DNA of 59,584 nucleotides from an uncultured Candidatus Saccharibacteria bacterium (GCA_964406895.1 CAYOTK010000007.1:1-59584), one strand, 5' to 3'; counted from the first letter of the stretch, positions 8,462 to 17,481 are shown. Program-made: numbers and translations. Notes: a model not told the origin generated them from the letters alone.

Positions 8462-8462
8462 T

Positions 8463-9236
8463 ATGAATTGGAAAAAAAGAAAAATTTTACAAGAGAAACA
8501 CCGACAGCATATTATTCATTTGATTGAATTATACGGCTCTATTTTCGTGGCTCTGATCCTCGTCGCTGTTATTAGTTTGTTTTACGTCAAAGAGCAAAAA
8601 GTCCCGAATTATACTTTTTCTATTGAACCAGTTTCTGATATGGAGATTGTGAGAGGTGATACACAAAAAAGACAAGTAATATTTACTTTTGATGGGGGTT
8701 CTGGCAATCAATCCACAGACAAGATTCTCGATATATTGAAGAAGAATAATATTCAAGGAACTTTTTTCCTAACAGGACATTGGGTCAAGAAGAATCCTGT
8801 TTTGGTCAAAAGAATGATAAGAGAAGGTCATGAAGTTTTCAATCACACAATGAATCACCCACATCTGACTGCGCTCAATGATGAACAAATAGTCCACGAA
8901 TTGAATTTCATGGATGCTAACCTATACATGATCACTGGATCTTCTACACATCCATATTTCCGACCACCATATGGAGATCGCGACAGTCGCGTGCTTAGTG
9001 TAGCAGCTCGCAATGGATATAGATCAGTTTACTGGACTGTAGATGCTCTGGATTGGGAAGAGTCTCTTGGTCGCAGTGCGCAGGAATCAAAAAATCTAAT
9101 ATTATCAACTCTTGCTCCAGGGAATATATATCTTATGCATTTGGGGGACAACATAACAGGTGAAATCCTTCAAGATGTTATAGATGAGATACACGCGGTT
9201 GGATATTCTATAGTCTCTTTGACTCAAGGCCTTTGA
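8463..9236 (+). CDS. Polysaccharide deacetylase (NodB homology domain), membrane-anchored
   Basis: FTFDGGSG, GTFFLTG, EGHEVFNHTMNHPHL and FRPPYGDRDSRV motifs with an N-terminal TM segment. ATG 8463 avoids overlap with the upstream gene; the ORF track start is 8445. Confidence 0.85.
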   Translation: MNWKKRKILQEKHRQHIIHLIELYGSIFVALILVAVISLFYVKEQKVPNYTFSIEPVSDMEIVRGDTQKRQVIFTFDGGSGNQSTDKILDILKKNNIQGTFFLTGHWVKKNPVLVKRMIREGHEVFNHTMNHPHLTALNDEQIVHELNFMDANLYMITGSSTHPYFRPPYGDRDSRVLSVAARNGYRSVYWTVDALDWEESLGRSAQESKNLILSTLAPGNIYLMHLGDNITGEILQDVIDEIHAVGYSIVSLTQGL

Positions 9237-9272
9237 TTTGCCAAGGGCTCTCTTGTCACATATAATAGCCAC

Positions 9273-9920
9273 ATGAAAAGAATAATATTTTGGTTATGTT
9301 TTATTGTGGTCTTGGGTTTGATCGTTTGGGGTCTTGTTGTGGCTATGAATAAACCAGTTACTCCAAGCAAAACGCTCAGCACTCCAGCCGACGTTACTTC
9401 AATAGACAATGTTATTGGTCCAGAGAATGCAAGGGTTACGTTGATTGAATACAGTGATTTCCAGTGTCCTGCTTGCGCAATGTATTTCCCAGTAGTTGAG
9501 AAATTATTCGCAGAATCCAGCACGACAATGAGGTTGGTTTACAGACATTTCCCATTGCCTCAACATGCAAATGCAATGATTGCATCTCAAGCCTCAGAAG
9601 CTGCGGCTTTGCAGGGTAAATTCTGGCCTATGTATAGATTGATATTCGACAATCAAACAGAATGGGAGAACAGCACGAAAGCTCGAGAGATATTCACGCA
9701 ATATGCTGAGAGGATTGGTCTCAATATGACTTCTTTCAAGAAAGACATAGATAGCGATATAGTCAAGAATAAAATTCAAGCTAGCAGAGATGAGGGTATA
9801 AAAATTGGCATAAATGGCACACCCACATTCTTCGTAAATGGCAAAGCAATATCAAATCCACAAGGATATGAACAATTTAAAACAATTATTGAAGAGGCAA
9901 TTAAAAACAGTACCAAGTAG
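9273..9920 (+). CDS. DsbA-family thiol:disulfide oxidoreductase, membrane-anchored
   Basis: N-terminal TM segment, thioredoxin CPAC motif (FQCPACAMY), and GTPTFFVNG near the C-terminus. Confidence 0.85.
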   Translation: MKRIIFWLCFIVVLGLIVWGLVVAMNKPVTPSKTLSTPADVTSIDNVIGPENARVTLIEYSDFQCPACAMYFPVVEKLFAESSTTMRLVYRHFPLPQHANAMIASQASEAAALQGKFWPMYRLIFDNQTEWENSTKAREIFTQYAERIGLNMTSFKKDIDSDIVKNKIQASRDEGIKIGINGTPTFFVNGKAISNPQGYEQFKTIIEEAIKNSTK

Positions 9921-10347
9921 TTTGGTGATTATAGTTCTGGTCATCGCTATTTTGGGTTTTGCTGATTCTACATATCTTACAGTAGAGCATTTCAAGGGTG
10001 TCATACCCCCATGTTCTATTGCTGGAGGTGAATGTGGTGTGGTCTTACAAAGCTCATATGCCAAAATATTAGGCATGCCTGTTTCGATTCTTGGTTCTAT
10101 ATATTATTTGATTGTTGCGGTTGGAGTGTTCGCCTATATTGATTCGAAAAAAACAAAAATCCTGAAATGGATCTTGCTTTTCACTGCGTTTGGTTTGATC
10201 GCTTCTGCATGGTTCGTTTTTGTTCAGGCTTTCATTCTCCACGCATACTGTCTGTATTGTCTAGGTTCTGCTTTGACTTCAACACTGTTGTTTTTGTTTG
10301 CTTGTTATATATTCAAGAAATATTCTGTGCCAGCAATACAACAATAA
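9838..10347 (+). CDS. Vitamin K epoxide reductase (VKOR) family protein
   Basis: CSIAGGEC...SSYAKILGMPVSILG and a C-terminal CLYC motif, with four TM helices. The true start is probably downstream (ATG 9868 or TTG 9922/GTG 9925, just after the DsbA stop). Confidence 0.8.
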   Translation: MAKQYQIHKDMNNLKQLLKRQLKTVPSSLVIIVLVIAILGFADSTYLTVEHFKGVIPPCSIAGGECGVVLQSSYAKILGMPVSILGSIYYLIVAVGVFAYIDSKKTKILKWILLFTAFGLIASAWFVFVQAFILHAYCLYCLGSALTSTLLFLFACYIFKKYSVPAIQQ

Positions 10348-10348
10348 T

Positions 10349-11242
10349 ATGAAGAATTCCAAGATCTCAATAACAAAACCTCATGATGATTATGAATTGT
10401 TAGATTCTGGTTTGGGTGAAAAACTAGAGCGATTCGATAGTCATATACTTTCAAGGCCGGATCCTCAGGCTTTGTGGCAGAAGAAATTACCGAAATCTCA
10501 TTGGGACAAAGCCGAAGGTAGATTCATTCGTGAATCAGAAAGAGGGGAATGGTCTCTCAAGACGTCTTTACCATCGAAATGGGAGGTCAATTTGGCCGGC
10601 ATCAAATTCTGGGTCAAACCTACTCCGTTCAAACACGTTGGATTATTCCCAGAACATATGGAGAATTGGTTGTGGTTGGAGAAAACGATCAAAAATTCTT
10701 TGTCTAAGGGCAATAGGCAATCAGTCGAAGTCCTGAATTTATTCGGTTATACGGGGGGTGCATCTCTAGTTTGTGCAAAGGCCGGCGCAAAAGTTACTCA
10801 TATAGACAGTTCGAAGAGTGCCGTGTCTTGGGCTCGCGAAAACGCAGAGCTTTCCAACTTGGCTCAAAAGCCGATACGATGGATAGTAGAAGATGCCAGA
10901 TTGTTCGTTGAGAGGGAATTGCGAAGAGGTAATCATTACGACGCTATCATTATGGACCCGCCTGCTTTCGGTCATGGCGCTGACAATGAATTGTGGAAAA
11001 TCGAAAAAGACTTATTGCCTCTCATAGAAAATTGCGCGAAATTGCTTTCAGCAAATCCTTTATTCTTTCTTATAAATGGTTATTCAGCAGGATATTCAGC
11101 TTTGGCCTATGAAAATGTTTTATTGCCGATCGTGGAGAAACATAAAGGTGAAATAGAAATGGGTGAGCTCGCTATCGCTGAATCAGGAGAAGGATGCAGA
11201 TTGTTGCCAGCAGGTATTTTCGCCCGATGGTTTGTGCTATGA
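10349..11242 (+). CDS. Class I SAM-dependent methyltransferase (RlmI/RlmK-like rRNA methyltransferase family)
   Basis: LNLFGYTGGAS (SAM motif I) and IIMDPPAFG (motif IV). ATG 10349 (MKNSKISITK) is preferred over the ORF track start at 10298. Confidence 0.8.
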   Translation: MKNSKISITKPHDDYELLDSGLGEKLERFDSHILSRPDPQALWQKKLPKSHWDKAEGRFIRESERGEWSLKTSLPSKWEVNLAGIKFWVKPTPFKHVGLFPEHMENWLWLEKTIKNSLSKGNRQSVEVLNLFGYTGGASLVCAKAGAKVTHIDSSKSAVSWARENAELSNLAQKPIRWIVEDARLFVERELRRGNHYDAIIMDPPAFGHGADNELWKIEKDLLPLIENCAKLLSANPLFFLINGYSAGYSALAYENVLLPIVEKHKGEIEMGELAIAESGEGCRLLPAGIFARWFVL

Positions 11243-11249
11243 TGTGCCC

Positions 11250-12095
11250 ATGAGTGCAAAAATATTGAACGGAAAAATTATTCGGGACGAGAGATTGCCC
11301 GAAATAACCGCCCAAATAAAGGCTCTTATGAATGTGCCTGTTCTTGCTATTATCCAGGTTGGAGATAGGCCTGATTCCAATTCGTATATACAAGCCAAGA
11401 AGAATTTCGCAACAAAAGTTGGTCTCGAAACGGTACATATCAAACTTCGAGAAGATATAAGCCAAGAAGATTTGATAAGAGAAGTAGAAAGATGCAATGA
11501 AGATACCAAAACAAAAGCTATTATTGTACAACTACCTTTACCTTTGCATATAGATAGAGATGCGGTTATCGAGACTATAGATCCAAACAAAGATGTTGAT
11601 GCTCTGACGTCTGCAAATGTTAAATTTTGGTTGGAGGGTAGGGAGGACGCTATTATGCCTGCCACGGCAAGAGGTATAAGGCATATGTTGTCATATTATG
11701 GAGTAGAACTTTTCGGCAAGACGGTCTGTGTTGTTGGTAGGTCCATGCTCGTCGGCAAACCTATTGCTCTTATGTGTCTCAATGAAAATGCTTCAGTCTC
11801 TATATGTCATAGCAAAACCACAAATCTCGAAGAAGAAACGCGTAGAGCCGATATTCTCATTGTGGCTATAGGCAAACCTCATTTCATAAATGAAAAACAC
11901 GTACGAGAAGGTCAGATTGTTATAGATGTTGGGATATCAAAAGATTTGCAGGGTACATTGGTTGGAGATGTTGATTTTGCCAAGGTTGAGCCGATAGTGT
12001 CTATGATTTCACCAGTTCCGGGTGGTGTCGGTCCTATGACCGTACTATCTCTTTTTGAAAATTTACTCGACCTTTCGAGAAGGTCAGAAATATAG
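11250..12095 (+). CDS. folD: Bifunctional methylenetetrahydrofolate dehydrogenase/cyclohydrolase
   Basis: MSAKILNGK..., VQLPLPLHID, VVGRSMLVGKPIA and PVPGGVGPMT. ATG 11250 is preferred over 11163. Confidence 0.92.
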   Translation: MSAKILNGKIIRDERLPEITAQIKALMNVPVLAIIQVGDRPDSNSYIQAKKNFATKVGLETVHIKLREDISQEDLIREVERCNEDTKTKAIIVQLPLPLHIDRDAVIETIDPNKDVDALTSANVKFWLEGREDAIMPATARGIRHMLSYYGVELFGKTVCVVGRSMLVGKPIALMCLNENASVSICHSKTTNLEEETRRADILIVAIGKPHFINEKHVREGQIVIDVGISKDLQGTLVGDVDFAKVEPIVSMISPVPGGVGPMTVLSLFENLLDLSRRSEI

Positions 12096-12129
12096 TAAGA
12101 TAAGAATATTAATAATAATCATATATATT

Positions 12130-12912
12130 ATGAATAATCATAAGATTTTTAACGTGGGAATTTGGGTTGGTGTCCTTCTTGCTGTATTTCTTGCCGTGCT
12201 TTCTATCAAAGAATTGAAATCTATCAGTTATGTTGGTCACAGTGATCAACTCATCAATACTATCAGTGTAAATGGCAAGGGGGAGGCAGTTTCTATTCCT
12301 GATATTGCTACATTCTCATTTACAGTTACAGAAACAGCAAAAACCGTAGCTGAAGCTCAGAAGGCAAGTACAGAAAGGATCAATTCTGCACTCAAGGCTG
12401 TTCGTGCAAGCGGTGTCGCAGAAAAAGATATACAGACACTTTCTTACAATATCAATCCTCACTATGACTATCAGGAAGGTATTTGTGCCAATTCCGTCTG
12501 TCGTCCAGGTAAGTCAGTCTTAACTGGATATGAAGTTAGTCAGAGTATTCAAGTCAAAGTCAGAGATTTGAGTAAGGCCGGCGAATTGTTCGGTTCAATA
12601 GGTTCTCTCGGTGTACAAAATGTAAATGGTCTTTCGTTTTCTATCGATGATATAGATAATGTAAGAGCCAAGGCGCGTGCACTCGCAATATCTGATGCTC
12701 AAAACAAAGCCAAACTTCTAGCAAAGCAGTTGGGTGTTTCTATTGTCGGTATAACTAGTTTCTATGATTCTAGCAATCAACCTGTTCCTATGATGTATGG
12801 CATGGGTGCCGCTGATTCTATCAGTATGAAGACGGCTACGGTTGCACCTGAAGTTCCTGCTGGCGAACAGAAGATAATATCTAATGTGACGATTACTTAT
12901 GAGATAAAATAA
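12130..12912 (+). CDS. SIMPL/DUF541 (BP26-like) periplasmic protein
   Basis: N-terminal TM or signal segment, then the pattern ISVNGKGEA...PDIATFSFTV...A.....N...VR..GV..KDIQT typical of SIMPL-domain proteins. Confidence 0.75.
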   Translation: MNNHKIFNVGIWVGVLLAVFLAVLSIKELKSISYVGHSDQLINTISVNGKGEAVSIPDIATFSFTVTETAKTVAEAQKASTERINSALKAVRASGVAEKDIQTLSYNINPHYDYQEGICANSVCRPGKSVLTGYEVSQSIQVKVRDLSKAGELFGSIGSLGVQNVNGLSFSIDDIDNVRAKARALAISDAQNKAKLLAKQLGVSIVGITSFYDSSNQPVPMMYGMGAADSISMKTATVAPEVPAGEQKIISNVTITYEIK

Positions 12913-12955
12913 GTCTTGTTTGCTTAAGATTTTTTCTTTTGATAGTATATAATTT

Positions 12956-13246
12956 ATGAAGAAAATCAATTTTAAAGCATCTTTGCCGGTTACCTTCTTG
13001 AGAGAGGGCGATCAATTTATTGCCTATAGCCCTGCTTTGGATCTTTCTACGTCTGGTACAACTTTTGAGCAAGTTAAAACACGCTTCAGTGAAATTGTTC
13101 AAATTTTCTTTGAAGAATGTCTTTCTATGGGTACTCTCGAGGATGTTCTTCTTGAGCTCGGTTGGAAGAAAGGAAACGATAAATGGAATCCTCCTATAGT
13201 TGTCGCGCAAGACACCCAAATGTTTAATGTTCCAATTCCAGCTTAA
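12956..13246 (+). CDS. hicB: HicB-like antitoxin (UPF0150 fold)
   Basis: VTFLREGDQFIAYSPALDLSTSGTTFEQV...F matches the HicB N-terminal fold pattern. It lies 5 nt upstream of a HicA-like gene. Confidence 0.6.
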   Translation: MKKINFKASLPVTFLREGDQFIAYSPALDLSTSGTTFEQVKTRFSEIVQIFFEECLSMGTLEDVLLELGWKKGNDKWNPPIVVAQDTQMFNVPIPA

Positions 13247-13251
13247 ACGTC

Positions 13252-13482
13252 ATGCCTGGAATAGTGCCTCTAAATTGGAAGGAATTTGAAAAATTTTTAA
13301 AATTTGTTGGGTGTGTTCTTGCTCGAGAAAAAGGTGATCATCGAATTTGGAGTCGTACTGGACTTCGTCGTCCAGTTGTTATACCAAAGAGTGTGGCAAT
13401 TCCAGTTTTTGTCATTCGCAATAATCTTCGAGTTCTCGGTATTTCTGTTGCTGAATATTTGGACATCTTAAGGAAGGTTTGA
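13252..13482 (+). CDS. hicA: HicA-like mRNA interferase toxin (YcfA family)
   Basis: NWKEFEKFLKFVGCVLAREKGDHRIWSR...VIPKS..IPVFVIRNNLRVLGIS parallels the HicA pattern (..L...G......GSH......V.P.H....I....I...L...G). Confidence 0.65.
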   Translation: MPGIVPLNWKEFEKFLKFVGCVLAREKGDHRIWSRTGLRRPVVIPKSVAIPVFVIRNNLRVLGISVAEYLDILRKV

Positions 13483-13557
13483 AAACCATTGACTTAACAT
13501 TATATGAGGTGGTAGTATAAAGATGTACCCCTCAGGGGTTTTTTAATAGAAAAACAT

Positions 13558-13734
13558 ATGAAAATAACTGAATACATAAAGGAGACAAAGGCAGAGATGA
13601 CTCACGTCAACTGGCCAAGTAGAGAGCAAACAATAAGATTTACAGTATTGGTAATACTCGTTTCTATAGCTACAGCAGCAATTCTCGGTATCAGTGATTT
13701 CGTTTTCTCCAAACTATTAACACTATTATTCTAG
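13558..13734 (+). CDS. secE: Preprotein translocase subunit SecE
   Basis: 58-aa ORF below the ORF-track cutoff: MKITEYIKETKAEMTHVNWPSREQTIRFTVLVILVSIATAAILGISDFVF... The (V/M).W(P) motif plus a single TM segment is present, and it sits directly upstream of nusG as usual. Confidence 0.85.
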   Translation: MKITEYIKETKAEMTHVNWPSREQTIRFTVLVILVSIATAAILGISDFVFSKLLTLLF

Positions 13735-13771
13735 TTTAGTTTTTTAGTTATTATCAATAATAAAAAAAATT

Positions 13772-14317
13772 ATGTCCAAACAACATTCTACAGGTGAGCG
13801 CAATTGGTATGCCATTCACACATATGCTGGCTATGAGAATGCTGTAGCTAGAAATCTCCGTCAGCGTATAGAATCACTCGGTATTGAGGACAAAATCTTC
13901 AATGTTATAGTTCCAACTGAAAAGAAGATAAAGATCAAAGCAGGCAAGAGGGTAGAAGAAGAAGAGAAGATATACCCAGGTTATGTGCTCGTAGATATGA
14001 TCGTTACTGATGATTCATGGTATGTGGTAAGAAATACTCCCAGAGTTACAGGTTTCGTCGGAGCAGGAGTATCTCCAGTTCCATTGGACCAGAAAGAAGT
14101 CGATAACCTTTTTGCTCGCATGACAAAAGGTGATACTGAGCATACAATTGATCTTTCAATTGGAGATTTGATCAAGGTCACAGACGGTCCTTTCAAGGAT
14201 TTTGAAGGTAAGGTCAACGAAATCGACAATCATCGCGGTAAGATCAAAGTATTGGTTTCTATGTTCGGTCGTGAGACTCCAGTTGAGCTAGATTTCCTTC
14301 AGGTCAAGAAAGTATAG
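13772..14317 (+). CDS. nusG: Transcription termination/antitermination factor NusG
   Basis: WYAIHTYAGYENAV..., YPGYVLVDM and a KOW motif GDLIKVTDGPFKDFEGKV. Confidence 0.93.
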   Translation: MSKQHSTGERNWYAIHTYAGYENAVARNLRQRIESLGIEDKIFNVIVPTEKKIKIKAGKRVEEEEKIYPGYVLVDMIVTDDSWYVVRNTPRVTGFVGAGVSPVPLDQKEVDNLFARMTKGDTEHTIDLSIGDLIKVTDGPFKDFEGKVNEIDNHRGKIKVLVSMFGRETPVELDFLQVKKV

Positions 14318-14327
14318 GGAATAATCA

Positions 14328-14395
14328 ATAACCAATAATCAATCATCAACAAAAACTTGTTAAATTTTGATTATTGATGTTTGATTATTGGTTAT
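14328..14395. repeat. AT-rich 22-bp (one mismatch) hairpin between nusG and rplK
   Basis: ATAACCAATAATCAATCATCAA (14328-14349) pairs with TTGATGTTTGATTATTGGTTAT (14374-14395). A related GATTGGTTATTA motif recurs at about 14934-14946, downstream of rplK. Confidence 0.5.
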
Positions 14396-14450
14396 TATGA
14401 GAATATTGATTAATTATAAATATTATAGTAGGATACGATAACTAAACATT

Positions 14451-14873
14451 ATGGCAAAGAAAATCATGAAGAAAGTAAAGGTTATAGCTCCAGCAGGCAA
14501 AGCAACTCCTGCGCCACCTTTGGGTCCAACATTAGGTCAGGCTGGCGTTCCTATTGCAGATTTCACCAAGAAATTCAACGATGCTACCAAGGACAAAATG
14601 GGCGACATGATCCCTGTGGTTATTACGGTTTATGAGGATCGTTCTTATGATTTCGTTCTCAAGTCTCCTCCAGCTTCTAGTTTGATATTAAAGGCTTTGA
14701 AACAAGAAAAAGGCTCAGGCAAACCAAATACAAAGAAAGTTGGCACAATCACAAAAGCTCAACTCCGTGATATTGCCGAGAAGAAAATGCAAGATCTCAA
14801 TGCTAGTGATATAGAAGCTGCAATCAAGATAATTGCGGGCTCAGCAAGATCTATGGGTGTAGACGTCAAGTAG
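14451..14873 (+). CDS. rplK: 50S ribosomal protein L11
   Basis: [29 protein letters not shown] is the L11 signature. Confidence 0.95.
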   Translation: MAKKIMKKVKVIAPAGKATPAPPLGPTLGQAGVPIADFTKKFNDATKDKMGDMIPVVITVYEDRSYDFVLKSPPASSLILKALKQEKGSGKPNTKKVGTITKAQLRDIAEKKMQDLNASDIEAAIKIIAGSARSMGVDVK

Positions 14874-14954
14874 TTTTAGTTATTTATGGTGATTAATCTT
14901 GAGCCTCGTCGAAAGAGCTTGTCGAACCATTGGTGATTGGTTATTAAAACAATC

Positions 14955-15464
14955 CTATTTTCCTGTGCCCAAATAATCAACTTTGTATTCTAGGAGCAAA
15001 GAGCCGCTTTCTGTTGGTGTATGAGATATTAGTTTGAGTCTGTACAACATGTCATCTTCGAAAAGTCTCATGCCTTTGCCGAAAAGTATCGGTTCTATCG
15101 TGAGATAAATAGTATCGATCACACCCGCCTTCATGAACATATTATAAATATTCGAACCGCCACAAATGGCGACTTCTTTGAATCCTCTACCATGAAGTTC
15201 CTCGAGCAATTCATTCGGGGACTTTTGTGTTACTTCTGCTCCTTCGAATGTTTTGGTCCTAGAATATACTATGTTTACTCTTTCTTTTAGTGGTCGCGGA
15301 AGGGTTTTGAATGTATTCGAGCCCATTACGATGACACCTGCGCGTTTGGTCAGTTCTACGAAGCGCTTCTTGTCTTCTTTGCTAGTCCAAAAAGCGGGAT
15401 GATGCTCGTCTTTGGCTATATAACCATCCGCCGATACGGCGGCTATGAGGAATGCTTTTATCAT
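14955..15464 (-). CDS. Dihydrofolate reductase family protein (RibD C-terminal domain type)
   Basis: IAAVSADGYIAKDE...VMGSNTFKTLPRPLKERVNIVYS pattern, 169 aa. Confidence 0.7.
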   Translation of the reverse strand: MIKAFLIAAVSADGYIAKDEHHPAFWTSKEDKKRFVELTKRAGVIVMGSNTFKTLPRPLKERVNIVYSRTKTFEGAEVTQKSPNELLEELHGRGFKEVAICGGSNIYNMFMKAGVIDTIYLTIEPILFGKGMRLFEDDMLYRLKLISHTPTESGSLLLEYKVDYLGTGK

Positions 15465-15509
15465 GGGTTTATTTATTGTATTATAACCCTATAATAATTA
15501 TATAACCAT

Positions 15510-16040
15510 ATGCAGCAAAAGAAATACAAAAGACCTTCATGGGATGAATATTTTATGAGTATTGCCGAATTAGTTGGTAGTCGTGGAACTTGTTCAAGAG
15601 GTCGTTCGGGTTGTGTTGTTGTTAGAGACAAGAGAATACTTGTTACAGGTTATGTTGGATCTCCGGCGGGATTACCACACTGTGATGAAGTTGGTCATGA
15701 AATGCATAAGGTGACTAGGGGAGATGCATTAGAGAGTTCAGAACATTGTGTGAGAACTGCTCACGCCGAACAGAATGCTATTGCTCAGGCTGCGAAGCTC
15801 GGTGTTTCTGTTGATGGAGCGACCTTATATTGCCATATGACACCATGTTATACATGTGCTAAGCTCCTCATCAATTCTGGTATAAAAAGAATCATTGCTA
15901 TGAAGGATTATCATGCAAGCAAAAGAAGCAAAGAAATTTTTGAACAAAGTGGCATCAAATTAACTATTATAGACAATACTGTTGAGGATTATTTAAAAGA
16001 CAGATTTTCAAAAAAGAACAAAAAATATTATGAAAATTAA
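15510..16040 (+). CDS. Deoxycytidylate (dCMP) deaminase
   Basis: Zinc motifs HAEQNAI and PCYTCAKLLINSGIKRI. N-terminal WDEYFM.IA.LV..R.TC. Confidence 0.88.
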   Translation: MQQKKYKRPSWDEYFMSIAELVGSRGTCSRGRSGCVVVRDKRILVTGYVGSPAGLPHCDEVGHEMHKVTRGDALESSEHCVRTAHAEQNAIAQAAKLGVSVDGATLYCHMTPCYTCAKLLINSGIKRIIAMKDYHASKRSKEIFEQSGIKLTIIDNTVEDYLKDRFSKKNKKYYEN

Positions 16041-16452
16041 GATCAAAAAACTTCATCCTGATGCGATAATACCTCATTATGCACACAAGGGTGATGCGGG
16101 TATGGATTTATTTACGATTGAATCATTTGAACTTGAACCAGGTGAAAGAAAATCAATTGGTCTTGGTTTGGCATTAGAAATTCCTGAAGGTCATGTGGGT
16201 TTGATAATGGATAAAAGTGGTATATCTCACAAATATGGAATAAAGAGTTTTGGTGGTGTGATTGATTCAGGTTATCGAGGGGAAATTCATGTTGGTATAA
16301 TGAATTTGTCTGATAAATTTTTTCTTTTTGAAAAAGGACATAAAATAGCACAGTTAATAATTCAAGAATTTAAGCACGTAGAATTTGAAGAAACAAAAGA
16401 ATTAAATTTTTCAATTAGGGGAGAGAATGGTCTTGGCAGCACAGGAAAATAA
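16030..16452 (+). CDS. dut: dUTP diphosphatase
   Basis: GDAGMDLF, PEGHVGLI and IDSGYRGEI motifs. Overlaps the deaminase gene by 11 nt. Confidence 0.9.
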   Translation: MKIKIKKLHPDAIIPHYAHKGDAGMDLFTIESFELEPGERKSIGLGLALEIPEGHVGLIMDKSGISHKYGIKSFGGVIDSGYRGEIHVGIMNLSDKFFLFEKGHKIAQLIIQEFKHVEFEETKELNFSIRGENGLGSTGK

Positions 16453-16454
16453 AA

Positions 16455-16480
16455 AGTACCGCACCTTGCGGCGCGGTACT
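16455..16480. terminator. G+C-rich hairpin between convergent dut and thyA (bidirectional terminator candidate)
   Basis: AGTACCGC (16455-16462) pairs with GCGGTACT (16473-16480), with an A-run upstream. Confidence 0.5.
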
Positions 16481-16494
16481 CGTGAGAAAGGGAA

Positions 16495-17400
16495 CTAGAC
16501 AGCCATTTTCGCCTTGATGGGCGGATGGAAGTCATAGTTTTCGAGGTGGACGAGAGCGGTCACATCTTCGGGCGTTTTCAGATTGGACACATCGGTGTCC
16601 GCGAGGGACTTGATTGACGGATTGAGCCAGAGCGCGGGCAATGTCTTCGGCTCTCGCGTCAATTGTTCATCGACTGCGTCGAAGTGGTCGTGGTAAATGT
16701 GCACGTCGCCCAAGGTGAGAATGAGCTCGTCCGGCACGAGGTTCGTCATCTGCGCCACGATGTGTAGCATGAGCGCATAAGACGCGATGTTGAAAGGAAC
16801 TCCGAGGAACATGTCACAACTTCTCTGAGTCATGTGGAGCGACAGCTTACCGTCGGCCACATAGAACTGAAACATCATATGACAGGGCGGCAGAGCCATA
16901 TCATCCAGCTCTCCTGGGTTCCATGCGGTAACAATCAACCGCCTGTCGTTCGGGTCCTTCTTGATCCTTTCGATGACGGTGGCGAGCTGGTTGACTTCGT
17001 TGTATTCCGAATTGATCATCTTCCTCCACTTGTGTTTGAGGAATTGCCAGAATGTGTCACCAATCGGCTTTTGCCAGTGTATCCACTGTACACCGTAAAT
17101 GCGTCCAAGGTCACCCTCGAACTTTGCTTTAGGTGTCCAATAGTCTGCATTGGCATTCGGTGTCCAGATCTCGCAGCCGAGTCTCTGGAGAACGCGATTG
17201 TCACTGCAGCCCGACATGAACCAGAACAACTCGGCCGACACGCTTCTGAAAGCGAGTTTTTTTGTGGTTGTAGCCGGAAAGCCGTCGGACATTCGGAAGC
17301 GCAGCTCTCGCGTGAAGAGGCCACGGGTGGTTCCGTTTCGCCCGACACGGTCTATGCCGTGCTCACGGATTTCACTTAGAAGGTTCAGGTAGTTTCTCAT
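16495..17400 (-). CDS. thyA: Thymidylate synthase (ThyA type), G+C-rich relative to neighbours
   Basis: RTGTGT-like GRNGTTRG, IWTPNA, TAWNPGE, ALPPCH.MFQFYV and DVHIYHDH motifs. A hand count of 60 nt gives about 53% G+C against about 23% in the adjacent dut. Confidence 0.93.
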   Translation of the reverse strand: MRNYLNLLSEIREHGIDRVGRNGTTRGLFTRELRFRMSDGFPATTTKKLAFRSVSAELFWFMSGCSDNRVLQRLGCEIWTPNANADYWTPKAKFEGDLGRIYGVQWIHWQKPIGDTFWQFLKHKWRKMINSEYNEVNQLATVIERIKKDPNDRRLIVTAWNPGELDDMALPPCHMMFQFYVADGKLSLHMTQRSCDMFLGVPFNIASYALMLHIVAQMTNLVPDELILTLGDVHIYHDHFDAVDEQLTREPKTLPALWLNPSIKSLADTDVSNLKTPEDVTALVHLENYDFHPPIKAKMAV

Positions 17401-17481
17401 AGTTTTGTTCTTGTTGTGTTAATCTAATAATGATTTATACTCTTATTCATAGAAAAAGTCTAATTCATTTCCAATAATAAC

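Noticed and set aside
16834-17392. Long antisense ORFs inside thyA (16834-17379, 17016-17348 and 17150-17392).
   Set aside because: The ThyA frame carries all the family motifs. The antisense frames are the usual by-product of G+C-rich DNA and show biased R/S/P composition.
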